From the human T2T-CHM13v2.0 reference genome, Homo sapiens, in NCBI RefSeq assembly GCF_009914755.1, contig NC_060926.1: a stretch of 64,000 nucleotides of DNA, one strand, 5' to 3'. Positions 50,121-62,664 of this stretch are shown here, piece after piece. The notes under the pieces were generated by a model. It did no database searches and had not been told where the DNA came from. It saw only the letters and a program-made list of their open reading frames with translations. How positions within the stretch are numbered: the first letter of the stretch is position 1; every line of letters starts with the position of its first letter. Made by a program: the position numbers and the translations under genes.

Positions 50121-53100
50121 TGCTTACTTAAAATACACTAGGTTGCAGCATGTTTCTTTATTCTCACAATTCCCCTTGACCATAAGCAGAGCAGTGACCA
50201 AGCAGGTGCACCTGGGCGTTCCTACACTCAACTGAGCACTCAAACTACCACCATGGGGAGTTCCCATGAAAAGGGTATGTATAGACAGGTGTAGGCTTGA
50301 CTCCAAAAACAAACAGTGTTAGCATCTAATCGGGAATATGTTTTATCATAAGTTCAAATATGTACACAGATATGGCAGAGAAATGTTATGATAAAATCAG
50401 AATAAAGTAAATAAAAGAATTAAATTCTTACCCATGATCTCCAATTAATGTACTGGTGGTTTACCAACCAACCTGTTCAAATGTAATGCATAACACAGTA
50501 AACGATTTGTGTTGCCTTGTATTATGGTTTCCAACTAATGAAAAGATACTTTAAAAATATAATCAAAATCAAAATCAAAATCGTTTGTGAGACAGCAGAA
50601 TCACCTCTGCAGAACGTGGTCTGGAAATCACTGAATACCAGGAGGAGTTCAGCAAAACCTCATATTTCCTGCAGAAGAGGATGTCCCCCTCAGTGACCCA
50701 AGCCTTCCTGGCTTGATAGCCAGACACTCGGCTTTAAGAAGAAGGGCTCTCGGAAGGTGAAGCTGTCAATACTTGGCCTTGTGATTCCACTGGCAGACTC
50801 CTAGGCAGCAGAAGAATGAACTACAAAGACAGCTTTTTAAAATAGCTAACAGCAACTATGATGCTTGCCACGTGGTCCCCCTCAACATGCCCGGGGGCAC
50901 GTGCATCTACAGCTGTGGAGGAGAAGTGGACGCTCAGACTCATTGGAAGGTTTCTCCTCCCAATTCAGAGCTTGATACTGACAGTCTGCTTCTCACCTCC
51001 AACATCCAGCATCATTGTCTTGGGTGTTCTGATGGTTTTCCTTTCCAAAACAGTGGGATGAGAAAGCTGCATAGATAAGAACTCACAGGAAGAAGAATAT
51101 ACTACCACCATGATGACCAGCAGCTAAATGACCATGTCTCAGAGAAAAGAGCAGAAAAATGATGGAGATGCTACAAATTAGAGTTGGTAGATTAGGGTCT
51201 TAGGTTTTAACCTTTTAAAAACACATGTGAGTAATCCTCGAGTTATCAAGCTCTTAAAAAGTAAAAAAATAAAAAAAACTATACAGGTTTTTACAAAGTA
51301 TTTCTTAAATATGCTTCTCATATGAGGAGGAAATAAACCAGAAATAAAACCCATAAACAAAACCAAGAACGTGGTATGCCACTTTCAAAAGAGAAAACTA
51401 ATACAAAACAGTGACTGTCCCAGAGCTGCAAATGATGTTATTACTGTCACTGTCCTTTTAATTTTCAAAATTCTCTCCTGAAAAAGGCACTTTAGAACTC
51501 TCATTTTATATATACATATATTTTTTTAAAAAAAAGCAAAGGAGAAGGAAGATTTCTTAAATAAGCAGATAACTGTTTTTGTTTACTTAGAATTTTATTG
51601 GGGTATAATTTACACAGTGAAATGTACACATCTCAAGTACTTTTAAATAGATAAGTAGATAAAATCACTATACAACCATGGCCCAGAGGTCCACATTCAA
51701 GGCTGCTGGAATTGGCTACCAGTGTCCTTTACTTTCCATTAGCCTCCTTGCTGGAGCAGCCAACTGGGGACAGAGCCCATTTTTGTCCAGGATCTACAGG
51801 GAGCCCTGTCTGAGCTTTGGATGACTTCAGACGATTCTATCCAGAGCATAGAACACTCCATCAAAATGAAAGTGTGCACTTGGTAAGCTCCAAATTTAAT
51901 TTATTTTATGCTGATGAGGTTTATGGGTCTTTTAAAATATGAAGCTCAGCTGCTTAGGATTTGCTTTGTTTACTTTGCTTTAATTAATGATAGTGCCTTT
52001 CTGGAGAGAAAACAGCATCAAGAAGAAATTCAGTCAGAAATTATTCATTCAAAGCCTCTCCTTTTCCCTGGCTGTGAAGTAAACAAGATTCATTAATCTC
52101 ACTTGGGATCAGAAAATGGAGAGAGATGGAGGGTGAGAGAGGAGCAGGTGGCTCCACCTGTAGACAGGGAGGATGCTACAGAAAACATGAGACCCAGCTC
52201 AAACGCAGGGCTGGTTGGAGAAGGTCAGTGTATAATTGGTAATTTACAAAGAGGAGCCAGAATTACTAGTCCTATAAAGAAGGTCTCCAAAAGCTTCAAA
52301 TAATACAGAGATACTCAATGTGAAATGAACAATCATTATTTCCCAAGTTCCTCATGGTAAAAAGTCACTTAAAGTCAATTCATTCTGATTTTGTAAGAAT
52401 TTCCTATCACCACCAGACAATCTGCTTCTCATGGCATTCCAAGGTAGGTCTAAACATGGTCCTTAGTTCTACCCTTCTTGCTTAATCTTCTCCTCATGCA
52501 CCCTCCAACTATCCCAAACCAGTCAATTTCTAACACATATTTCATTCCTCTGAGCCTTTCACTATACTGTGCTCTCCATCTATAATGACCTGTAAGATTC
52601 AGCCTAATGGTCACTTCTGATGGGAATCCTCCCCAAGCCTAACTCCAGACAACTGAGTGTTTCCTCGGCTGTGCAGCCCAAAATCTTTATACATATCTAT
52701 CTCTGTAATAGTCCTTTACTTTCATTAACCGGTTATTATTTTTATCCTCCACTAAAGTACTAATTCTTTTTCAATGAACCAAAGAGGGCCTGTGAGAGTG
52801 ACTGGAATATGGCAGCTGATTGAAATGATTCAACATGAACTAATACAAAAGTTCACAACATAAGTTTGTATAGATTCATGAATTTTTTATCACTTGAAAT
52901 AACTTCTCTACAATTTTGTTTCCTGAGCAAAAAAAAAAAAAAAAAAAAGCATGACAACAAAAGAAATATAGAAAAGAAATCACTGACAATCTTCACTTGT
53001 TTTACTTCTTTTTGTGCCCATTCAACCCCTGTCCATATACTGTCAAGTTGCACAAGTCGTAATCACAGAGTAACTCTTCCCGCACACGTTGCAGAAATCA

Positions 53101-53769
53101 ATAATGGAACCAAGCTGAAGCTTTGCCAGCAACAGCACAAGGCAGGATAGAGGCCAAAACCAGGGTCAGCAATTACCTGGAGGATAGAAATGTCACCCAA
53201 AAGCAGGATGGTGCAGACAGGTCTCAGAGGACAGGTAAGCAAATAGGCAGGATGTCCAGCATTTGAGAGAAAGTGCATGAGCTCAGTCTGAAAGCAGATT
53301 CCATATACAGAGTCCAGGTTAGGAGCCCTGGGATTTAGGGAAGAAAGAAGGAGTGGACTGATGGACAAAGTCCAAAGACACAGGCCAGACTGCAGAGTGG
53401 GCAAGAAGGAGCTATGGTAACAAACAGAAGACAAGTAGCAGGGATGCAGGCAAACAAGCCCACACTCTGCCCAATTTATTGATTTACTCAACAGAAACCC
53501 TCTGTATGGATCTGCATAAAGACAGACTAATCTTGATCCATACTCCTTTCTTTGTAGACCCTCTTAAAGTCTTTCATCCTCAACTAAATTCTCACTTTCA
53601 AAGGTCAGGATATGCTAAATTGAAATCTTCTCCTGAAGCCAGTCTCTCAAGCCACCACACTAATACACATATATTAACCCTCAGCCCAAGCTTCAGTTGA
53701 TGGTACAGAAAACACAATGTTCAAAAACTGGGCAAGACTCTACAAATTACCTAGTTCAGGCCCTTTTAA

Positions 53770-54452
53770 TTAACTTATTTACTTACTTATTTATTCTTTA
53801 CAGACAGGGTCACTGTATTAGTCCATTCTCACACTGCTAATAAAGATACACCCGAGACGCGAGACTGGGTATTTTGTAAAGGAAAGAGATTTAACTGACT
53901 CACAGTTCCACAGGGCTGAGGATGCCTCAGGAAACTTACAATCATGGCAAAAGGGGCAGCAAACATGTCCTTCTTCACATGGCAACAGCAAGGAGAAGTG
54001 CAGAGAGAAGTCCGGGGAAGCCCCTTATAAAACCATCAGATGTTGTGAGAACTATCACGAGAACAGCAGCAAGAAGGAAACCGCCCCCATGATTCAATCA
54101 CCTCCCACTGGGTCCCTCCCACAAAATGTGGGGATTATGGGAACGACAGTTCAAGATGAGATTTGGGTGGGGACACAGCCAAACCATATCAGCCTCGCTT
54201 TGTTGCCCAGGCTGGAATGCAGTGGCACAATCATAGCTCATTGCAGCTTCAAACTCCTAGGCTCAAGTGATCCTCCCACCTCAGCCTCCCAAGTAGCTAG
54301 GAGGACTACAGGTGTACACCACCACACCTGGCTAATTTTTTTTTATTTTTCATAGAGACAGAGTCTCAATAAGTTCTACTGGCCTCAAATGATCCTCCCA
54401 CCTGGACCTCTCAAAGCACTGGGTTTATAGGCATGAGCCACTGTGCCTGGCC
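53770..54452 (-). mobile_element. AluJ split by a THE1C LTR (itself within a MIR)
   Basis: ACAGACAGGGTCAC|...|GCCTCGCTTTGTTGCCCAGGCTGG...ATCATAGCTCA...GGCTCAAGTGATCCTCCCACC. Confidence 0.88.
53814..54191 (-). mobile_element. THE1C solo LTR
   Basis: TGTATTAGTCC...GCAAACATGTCCTTCTTCACATGG...CCAAACCATATCA. TSD GTCAC/GCCTC derived from Alu GTCTC. Confidence 0.9.
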
Positions 54453-54657
54453 AAGCCCCTTTTATTTTTATTTTTTTTTTGTCATTGTTGTAGATAAGGA
54501 AATAAAGAGCAAGGAAGACACTTGTCTAAGGTCACATGCTAGTAAATGGTTGAAGAGGGACTAAGAATAAAAATGTGGGAACACTGAGCTAAGCACTGTA
54601 TATATGTGATCGACTGTAAATTCCATGACACCATTTGTCCTTTTGTTTTGGGGACTC

Positions 54658-54864
54658 TTTTTTTTTTTTGAATCAAGGCCTCATTCTGTCACTCAGGCTG
54701 GAGTGCAGTGTCACAGCTGTGGCTCACTGCAGTCTCGATCTCCCCAGCTAGAGTGATCCTCCCACCTTAGCCTCCCAAGTAGCTAGGACCACAGGTACAC
54801 TCCACCATGCCCATCTAATTTCCTATTTTTTGTATAGACAGAGTCTTACTATGTTGCCCAGGCT
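54658..54864 (-). mobile_element. 5'-truncated AluJ
   Basis: Poly-T, right arm and part of the left arm. Flanking direct repeat CCATGACAC at 54623-54631 and 54866-54874. Confidence 0.85.
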
Positions 54865-55772
54865 CCCATGACACTTTAAACCTCATTTACAGAGAAAACT
54901 GAGGCATGGAAATGTTGGGTGACTTGTCTAGAACTAGCAAGTGGCAAGCAGCCAGGTGAGAGAGCCCCAGATGGAGGGGCATCCTTACTGCACAAACATT
55001 GCTTTTAATTTTCACAAAAGGACTGTACAACTGATGAGGAAAATGAGTCACAGAGACCCAGAAGTTGGCCCCAAGCCCACATGGGTTGGACGTCAGGACT
55101 CCAACGGCCCATGCTCTCCAGTGAACCAATAGGCAATGTGATTGGGAGCCTGTGCCAGGAAACTGAACCACGGGTAGGAACTCCAACACCCAGGGATGGC
55201 AGCAGGCAGGGCCCAGCCTGGCAAACAAGGAGGTGATTCTATGAGTTCAGTCGGCCCCCCTGCACAACCTGGGTCTTTTCTAGGATGGAGGGGCTATTAG
55301 CATTGAACTTCTGTAAACTCAGTGTTTGCCCGTATCAAATAGCACTCCACCTCCGCATTAATGCAAATTAATGTTGTTACAGGTTTTTATTCCCTTTGGA
55401 GTAAAATTAAAACTAAATAAATCAAACAGTAATTAGAAAACTCAATAAGAAAGCTATTTAGCTTAAAACTGACAATGTTTATACCAGTGCTTTATTCACT
55501 ACAGTTTTATTGTGCTATTCTGTCTTGATATTTTAGTGAAAAAAAAAATTAAAAAAAAATTCAGCTTATTTTTGCCAAAATTTCACCAAATTGCTTTAAC
55601 CCATAAATATTTTCAAAAACATTCCCAAACTGTCTGTCCCACTGAATTGGCCGATCAGTGTAGACTTGCCCCCTTGTATTGCTGTTTAACTGCATCACGT
55701 ACATACATCTGGTATCCCCATCCAGCTTTAACCTCTTAGAGAACAGATATGTTAGCTTACATACTTTTGAGT

Positions 55773-55884
55773 AGGGTGGCCAACTTGTCTTGGTATGCCC
55801 AAGACTTTCCTAATTTGGGGAATGAAAGGTCCACATCCAGGGAATGCCCTTAGTATCAGGCATAGTGGGATAGTTGGTCACCCT
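55773..55884. mobile_element. MER81 (hAT-Blackjack MITE)
   Basis: TIRs AGGGTGGCCAACT and AGTTGGTCACCCT, ~112 bp. Confidence 0.8.
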
Positions 55885-56079
55885 ATGTTTAAGCCTCTGA
55901 AAGTCCTGAGTACTTTAGAGCCATGTATCTACTGCATCACTTTCCTTTAGCTTCTCACTCCATGTTCCCTGGTTCCTTCCTCCACTTCTGTCCCCACTCC
56001 ATGCTCCACTGTAACCTGCATGGTCCAAGATACAACAGGCTATCCAAAGCCATCTAAAGACTTTAGCCTTCTAAATCTG

Positions 56080-56900
56080 CAGCCCTCTTTGGCTCCACCC
56101 TCTTCTTGAGACCTTCTCTTCATTCCATCTGCACATCTACCTCAAACTACTCCTTCCCCAGCTGTTCATCAATGCCTCTTTCCATCTTTAAACCTTAGAT
56201 TTCCCCCACGGTACTGCCCTCAGTCATCTTCTTTCCTCCTGATATTCAGTTTCCCTAGGCATCCCACACTCTCCCAATTTCATCTACGGCCACAGATAAT
56301 CATGCTCAAGTTCCACCACCATTCCCTCTCTCCCAAGGAAAAGACCTATATTCCAACTGTCTCTTGGAAGAAACACAGGATGCCTCTTGATGACCTGACT
56401 CCCAGTAAACTCAACACGGAACCTGGCATGTTGCCTCCCTCCCCATTCCTCTTAACCACATCCATCCAAGCCAAAAGAGTGGCAGTCCTGCTTCCCTCCT
56501 TCCTTTCCCACATGTCCACATCTGAGCACTTGGCAAATGCCGGGGATCCCCCCTCTGACATTCCTGTCAAGCAACTCCACTCCTCTCCATCACCACATTG
56601 CCATTACTAGTTGAGGTTCTCACTTCCTGCCTAGACCATTACAAAGTCCTCCTAAGCACCCCTCTCCCACTCGGAAGCCTTCAGTGCTGTCAGAATTCCC
56701 CAAATATAAATTTACTTATAACATTTTCAATGGCTTTCCAATGTCTATAAGAACAAAGTTCAAACTCTTTAGGATGGCATCAAACAATTTTCCTTACTTA
56801 CCTCTAACTTCTATTCAACCTGATCTTGGAACACTCCCCTTCATGCACCCAGAACTCCACTTACCCTGAATCACATGCCAGTGCCACAAAAAGCCCATGT
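56080..56900 (+). mobile_element. L2 fragment
   Basis: CT-rich L2 ORF2/3' motifs (AAACTCAACA, CTTCCTGCCTAGACCATTAC, TTCAATGGCTTTCCA...AACAAAGTTCAAACTC). Confidence 0.6.
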
Positions 56901-56949
56901 GTTCGCGGGTCTACATGAGCCATAACCTCCCCATCCTGTTATGGTCACT

Positions 56950-57493
56950 ATTGTTATTTTTATTTTTCCGTACTTACTCTTAATACCAATCTACATGTGG
57001 ACATGTTTGCAATTAAAAGCATAGTATAAATATAATTTTTCTTCCCTTTTTCAATTAACATCATTAGTATTTCATACTACTATGTGGCTTTTATAATTAC
57101 TTTGCTGGTTACACAGACTGTAAGAGTTAATTTTATGTGTCAACTTGACTGGACCACAGGGTGCCCAGATGTTTGGTTAAACATTGCTCATGTCTATGAG
57201 GGTGCTTCTAGATGAGACTAATATTAGAGTCAGTAAAATTGAGTGAAGCAGGTTGTCCTCCCCAGGGTACACAAGCCTCACCCAACCTGTTGAAGGCATG
57301 AATAGAATGCAAGGTTGAGTAGGAAAGAATTACTGTCTCCACCTGACTGTCTTTGAACCTTAGACATCAGTCTTCTCCTGACTTAAAACTAGGACTTCTA
57401 AGGAACCTACACCATCAGCTCTGCTGGGTCCGGATTTCTCAGCCTCCAAAATCACATAAGCCAATTCCTAATTTTAAAAAGTCTCTTCACACA

Positions 57494-57535
<42 letters not shown>

Positions 57536-58160
57536 CCCTATTGGTTCTGTTTCTCTGGAGAACCCTAATACACAGAACCATAATTTACCAAATCACTTCC
57601 TGTTATGAGACCTTTAGGTGACTTCCAATTTTTACTATTATAAATACTATTGCAGTTAACTTTTTCCTACACATGGCTTTCGTTGTCTTTTTAATAATTG
57701 CCTCAGGACAAATTCCCAGGAGTGGGATGGCTGGGTCAAAGTATGTAGAAATTTTATGATTCCTTAAAATTGTGGCCAAATTGCTTTTCCAAAGTGGCTG
57801 TTCAAATTCCATTGCCACCATACCAAGGGCCTAGTAATTTCCCTAGTATTAGCCTAAAAAACAACCAAAAAGCCCCAAAATTATCCATTTGAAATATGCA
57901 AAATGCTATCTCATCATTATTTTAATCTGCATTTCTTTTATTATTAATAAGCTTAATTTTTCTCAAATGTGTTTACTAAGCATATTCTAATGTTTATTCA
58001 TATCCTTTTGTCCATTTATCAACATGGTGTTTCTTATGCATTGGTTAAAACCTTTGTTACAAAGTTTAACCCTTTGACTGTCATATTCAATGCAAATATT
58101 TTCCCGGTGTCTTTTATTATTTGCTTTCAGCTACACTATTCACCTTATGGAAATCTAACA
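56950..58160 (-). mobile_element. Ancient L1ME 3' fragment split by MLT2
   Basis: Minus ORF 57603-57821 'QPLWKSNLA...YFDPAIPLLGICP' is the ORF2 C-terminus. Confidence 0.7.
57119..57572 (+). mobile_element. MLT2B/D-like LTR with (CA)n
   Basis: TTAATTTTATGTGTCAACTTGACTGGACCACAGGGTGCCCAGAT...CCTATTGGTTCTGTTTCTCTGGAGAACCCTAATACA. TSD CAGAC/CAGAA. Confidence 0.9.
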
Positions 58161-58409
58161 AGTCTATAAAACAAAGTGCTAATTTCTTCCTTCACTGTAT
58201 TCTAACAGTCAGGATGGAAATTATTCTAAGAGCACAGGGTGGTTAGCGATGTGGAGTCTGGAGTCAGAACAGTGAAGGCTCCTACTGGGCTACAACACTG
58301 TCTGCCATGGGGCTCTAGACAGGATTCTGCACCTTGGTTTTCTCATCTGTGAAGCCAATAGTAACCTCCAGCTAAAGCTGTGGCAAGTGTTAGATGGACA
58401 AACACTCTC

Positions 58410-58985
58410 TATTTTTCTTTGATTTTAGATTCAGGGGATACCTATTCAGGTTTGTTACATGGCTATGTTGCATAATGCTGAGGTTTGGGTTTCTAGCGGA
58501 CACATCGCCCAAATAGTGGACATAGTACCCAATCGGTACTTTTTCAACCCTTGATCCCCTTCCTCCCTCCTGGCTTTTGAAGACCCCAGTCTCTACTGTT
58601 TCCACCTTTATGTCCATATGTACCCATTATTTAGTTCCCATTTATAAGTGATAACATGTGGTATTTGATTTTCTGTTTCTGCATTAATTCACTTAGGATA
58701 ATGGCTTCCAGCTGCATCCATGTTGCTACAAAGGACAGGATTTCATTCATTTGTATGGCTATGTAGTATTCCAAGGTCAGAATAGCTATTATTAAAAAGT
58801 CAAAAAATAACCAATGTTGGCGATGATGCAAAGAAAAGGGAATGTTTATACACTGTTGTTGGGAATGTAAATTAGTTCAGCCCCTGTGGAAAGCAGTTTG
58901 GAGATTCCTCAAAGAACTAAAACTAGAACTACCATTCAACCCAGCAATTCCATTATTGGGTATCTACCAGAAGAAAAGAAAACTC
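58410..58985 (-). mobile_element. L1PA15/16-like 3' end with 5' inversion
   Basis: 58410-58772 is an antisense 3' end. 58773-58985 is the sense ORF2 C-terminus ('HCCWECKLVQPLWKAVWRFLKELKLELPFNPAIPLLGIY'). Confidence 0.88.
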
Positions 58986-59469
58986 TTTCTGAGCCCCTAC
59001 ACTGCAACTGGTGTCCAGGAAACACAGACCAAACAATGTCGGCTGTTTCCTTCACATTATCTTTTGGGTGTCTCTCCATCTATTAAGCATTTACATTTAA
59101 CTCTGTATCTGGAATTAATTCTGGTATTTGGTATATTATATAAATTTTTAATTAACTTTTTTAAGAAATTGCTACCCATTTATTCAAACATTTTCCTTCC
59201 TCTTATTTTTGAGTCATCTATTATTTATTCACTTCTTTTACAATGGACCGTCATTGTTGGTAGGCTTTTCAAAATGGACAAAATTAAAAATAGCGATCCA
59301 TAAGGTAAAACAGATATTAGTACTCCACCAGAATATCTACATAAACATGGCTTTTGTTTTCCATTTGGTTTGGGGTTTTGGCTTAATTTAATTAAACTGT
59401 CCTGCTGCCAGCATTTTCTAATTAGCAATGTGGTATACTTGACTGACTGATGGATTCAGAATAAAAAAA

Positions 59470-59940
59470 AAAAAACCTATATTCAAATGCCAGCCCTGAG
59501 ATACTGTTTTGTAGCAAGTCATTTGGCCTGAACCTTTGCTGTTTTTCATCTGTAAGGTAAAGTTAACAATACCTAACCTTTTTAACTCCCAAAAACATTG
59601 TGAGATTCAAGTGAGATAATGTCTCTGAAATGTCAGGCAGGGGTATTCTTCCCATTACTATGACTATAATTGATACTATAAGGTTAGTTTCTATATTCCC
59701 TCTACTTCTGATAAATCTCCACATCCTTCTCATACCATAAAGGTAAGAGCTTGGACTGGGAGTCTGAGGACAGTTCAGGCTACTGACTTGATGATTAACC
59801 AGCAGCTAGATTCGAGGAAATTTGCATAACTTCCCTGAGCTTCAGTCTTCTCATTAGTAAAATGGAGATTGTAGTGGGAATGAAATTAGCTAATGTGTAT
59901 GGAAGTATTTAGCAGCCTGTACCCACAGAGAAGCACCGGA
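59470..59940 (+). mobile_element. Two MIR fragments
   Basis: TTTTTCATCTGTAAGGT...GTGAGATTCAAGTGAGATAATG and CTGAGCTTCAGTCTTCTCATTAGTAAAATGGAGAT. Confidence 0.6.
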
Positions 59941-60235
59941 TAAATTACAGTAATGCATGGGTTATTCTCCTTGACCCTCAAGGGTCATTCTCCATCCTCT
60001 ATGGATTGGATCCTTCACTTGCTCTCAGGCTTCTGAGAGGTGCCAGACAATAGGAGACATGGGAAAAACAAAGAAGCAACTGGAGAAAGACATAAGGGTG
60101 TTATTTATTCTCCCACCCCTACTCCAGGGCCAGGGTGTATTCACTTGGATGCTTCTCCTGCACCCAGGGACATAGCTCCTCTTTGGTGGCCTCTCTTCCA
60201 AAACCAAGGCTCTACTGAACCCTTTTCAGGATGAG

Positions 60236-60620
60236 TGGATTAGTCCCTTCCCATGCTGCTAATAAAGACATACATGGGACTGGGTAATTTATAAAGGAAA
60301 GAGGATTAATTGACTCACAGTTTAGCATGTCTGGGGAGGCCTCAGGAAACTTACAATCATGGTGGCAGGGGAAGCAAACAGGTCCTTCTTCGCATGGTGA
60401 CAGCAAGGACAGGAATAAGAGCCAAGAGGGAAAAGTTCCCTATAAAACCATCAGATCTCGTGAGAACTAACTCACTATCATGAGAACAGCATGGAGGTAA
60501 CCAGCCCCATGATTCTGTTATCTCCCACTGGGTCCATCCCAGAACACGTGGGGATCGTGGGGATTACGGGAACTACAGTTCAGGATGACATCTGGTTGGG
60601 GACATAGGCAAACTATGCCA
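60236..60620 (-). mobile_element. THE1C solo LTR inside an older LTR33-like element (~59960-60790)
   Basis: GGGAAGCAAACAGGTCCTTCTTCGCATGG and ATAAAACCATCAGATCTCGTGAGAACT. Perfect TSD ATGAG. Confidence 0.88.
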
Positions 60621-61823
60621 ATGAGAGACCATAAGAATGTCCCATTTATGCTGGCCTTCAGTGCTTCATTATCTCCTATTAATTCCCTTAATCCTATCCA
60701 CACATCTGTAAATAGTCTCCTCTTAAAGTCACTTCAGTTGATCTTTGAGTATGCCATCTGTTTCCAGCCAGGATGCTGATGCAAATCTTAGTTCTTGTTT
60801 TAATTGGTGAGCCAACCCTTCAGGGTTCATTGAGTAGTATGAGTCTGACACTTAGGCAGCAGTATCCACAACCCACCTAGATCTGTGGCCCAGTCCAAAA
60901 GTAAGCACTTCTCACACTTCCCAACTTTCCAGAATTGGTTTAACAGTTGCTTTTAAAGGTACAGAATTTCCCACTAGAGCATTTCATGGCTTTTGTTCTG
61001 AATATCACATAAAGCAAAAGATGTTGCTGAATCCAGCAGTAAAATGAACATTCTAACTGGAAGATAAATTGACTTGTTGATGTCATATCTCCTGACAAAA
61101 CTTAGCACAGGATGACACCTCCCAAACCCATGGGACACCACCCAAGATGCTGGACTTCCAAGCTCCAGTGATGTTTCCTATTAGCACATTTGAGATCTGT
61201 ACTATTCCAGCTTGGCCATGTTCATTCCATCAGAGCTTTGGCCAAAGAGCACTGCCAGAATGTTCACCAACACCCAAGTGTACGAGGAAATCAGAGCCTG
61301 GAAGGACTCGTGATACTGAAAGTTCCCTGATCTCCTCTGATATTTCTTTCTCATGAAACTTGCCAGAAATAAAATTAAATCCAAAATAAACTCACACATT
61401 TCAGAGATTGAACCATTTCATGACGGAAAAATGCATTTACAGCTTATACAACAGCAGACAGAAAGGAGGTAAACTGTTAGATGACCCCCTTTAAAAGTCA
61501 TTTTGTTCTACTGCCACTGAAATAGTACTGTGAAAGAAAATGGGGTGTTTAGAATTTTTTTAAAAAATTCTGTAGTGTCAAACTTTCACAACTATAAAAG
61601 AGCAATCTCCATGCAAAATTTTCAAGAAGTCTGTGTTTAGGCAGAGAAATTGTTCTTCTGGTTGACTTTGTGAAGAAAAAACAAATAAACGCAAACTAAA
61701 CACATATGCACAAGGAAATAACATTTTGATATTTTGATTTTTTAATGAAATAATCATAAAAGGACTTGACCTCCCAAATGTCAACCTTCCTCTCCTCGAT
61801 AACTCAGATGATCAAACTTATAT

Positions 61824-62027
61824 TGCCTAATATGATAGCCACTAGCCTTGCAACATATGACTACTTAAATTTAAATTTACTAAAGCTAAATTTTAAAATC
61901 TGCACTTCAGTCACAATAGGCACGTTTCAAGTGCTCATTAGTCACCTATTGCCAGTGGCCACTATACTGAACAGTGTGGATTATTGAACATTTTCATCAT
62001 CACAGATAGTTCTAATGGACAGCATTG
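61824..62027. mobile_element. MER3
   Basis: AATATGATAGCCACTAGCC...TTTCAAGTGCTCATTAGTCAC...AGTTCTAATGGACAGCA. Confidence 0.8.
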
Positions 62028-62327
62028 GGTCAAATTACTTATGTCTATGCATCTCAACTATTTCCAGTGACAGCAGATCAGTACCAGCTATCACAAGTTA
62101 CTGAAGTTACAGACCTTTCAGGGGTAGCAATTATCCATTCCCTTAACCTCAGCCTTCCTCTTCAGAGGCTGGAAATGCTCAAGAGGCTTGGTAAGCTTGC
62201 TACAGAACTCTGGCAAGCCCACCATCAAACAGGTGCAGATAGAATTCTACTGGGACCTCCTAGAGAAAGTTTTATTTCCCTCATAAGGGTACTGCACCTT
62301 GCTCTTTCTTCATCCCTAAACATAAAT

Positions 62328-62664
62328 ATAGTTGGCCCTCTGTACCTGTGGGTTCTGCATCAGTGGATTCAAGCAACCAGAGATCAAAAGTACTGGGGAA
62401 AAAATTGCACGTGTACTGAACAGGTATGGACTTTTTTCTTGTCATTATCTCCCAACCAACACAGGGTAACAACGATTTATATAGCATTTACACTATATTA
62501 GGTATTGTAAGTAATCTAGAGATGATGGAAAATATACAGGAGGGTGTGCATCAGTTGTATGCAAATACCATGCCATTTCATACCACGGTCTTGACTATCT
62601 GTAGATTTTGGTATTCACAAGAGGTCCTGAATCGATTCCCCAGGGATACTGAGGGACAAGTGTA
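62328..62664. mobile_element. MER2 (Tigger family)
   Basis: AGTTGGCCCTCTGTACCTGTGGGTTCTGCATC...GGATACTGAGGGACAAGTG, with TA flanks. Confidence 0.85.

Noticed and set aside
50868-50904. Two CACGTG E-boxes 30 bp apart
   Set aside because: Short motifs without supporting CpG-island or promoter context
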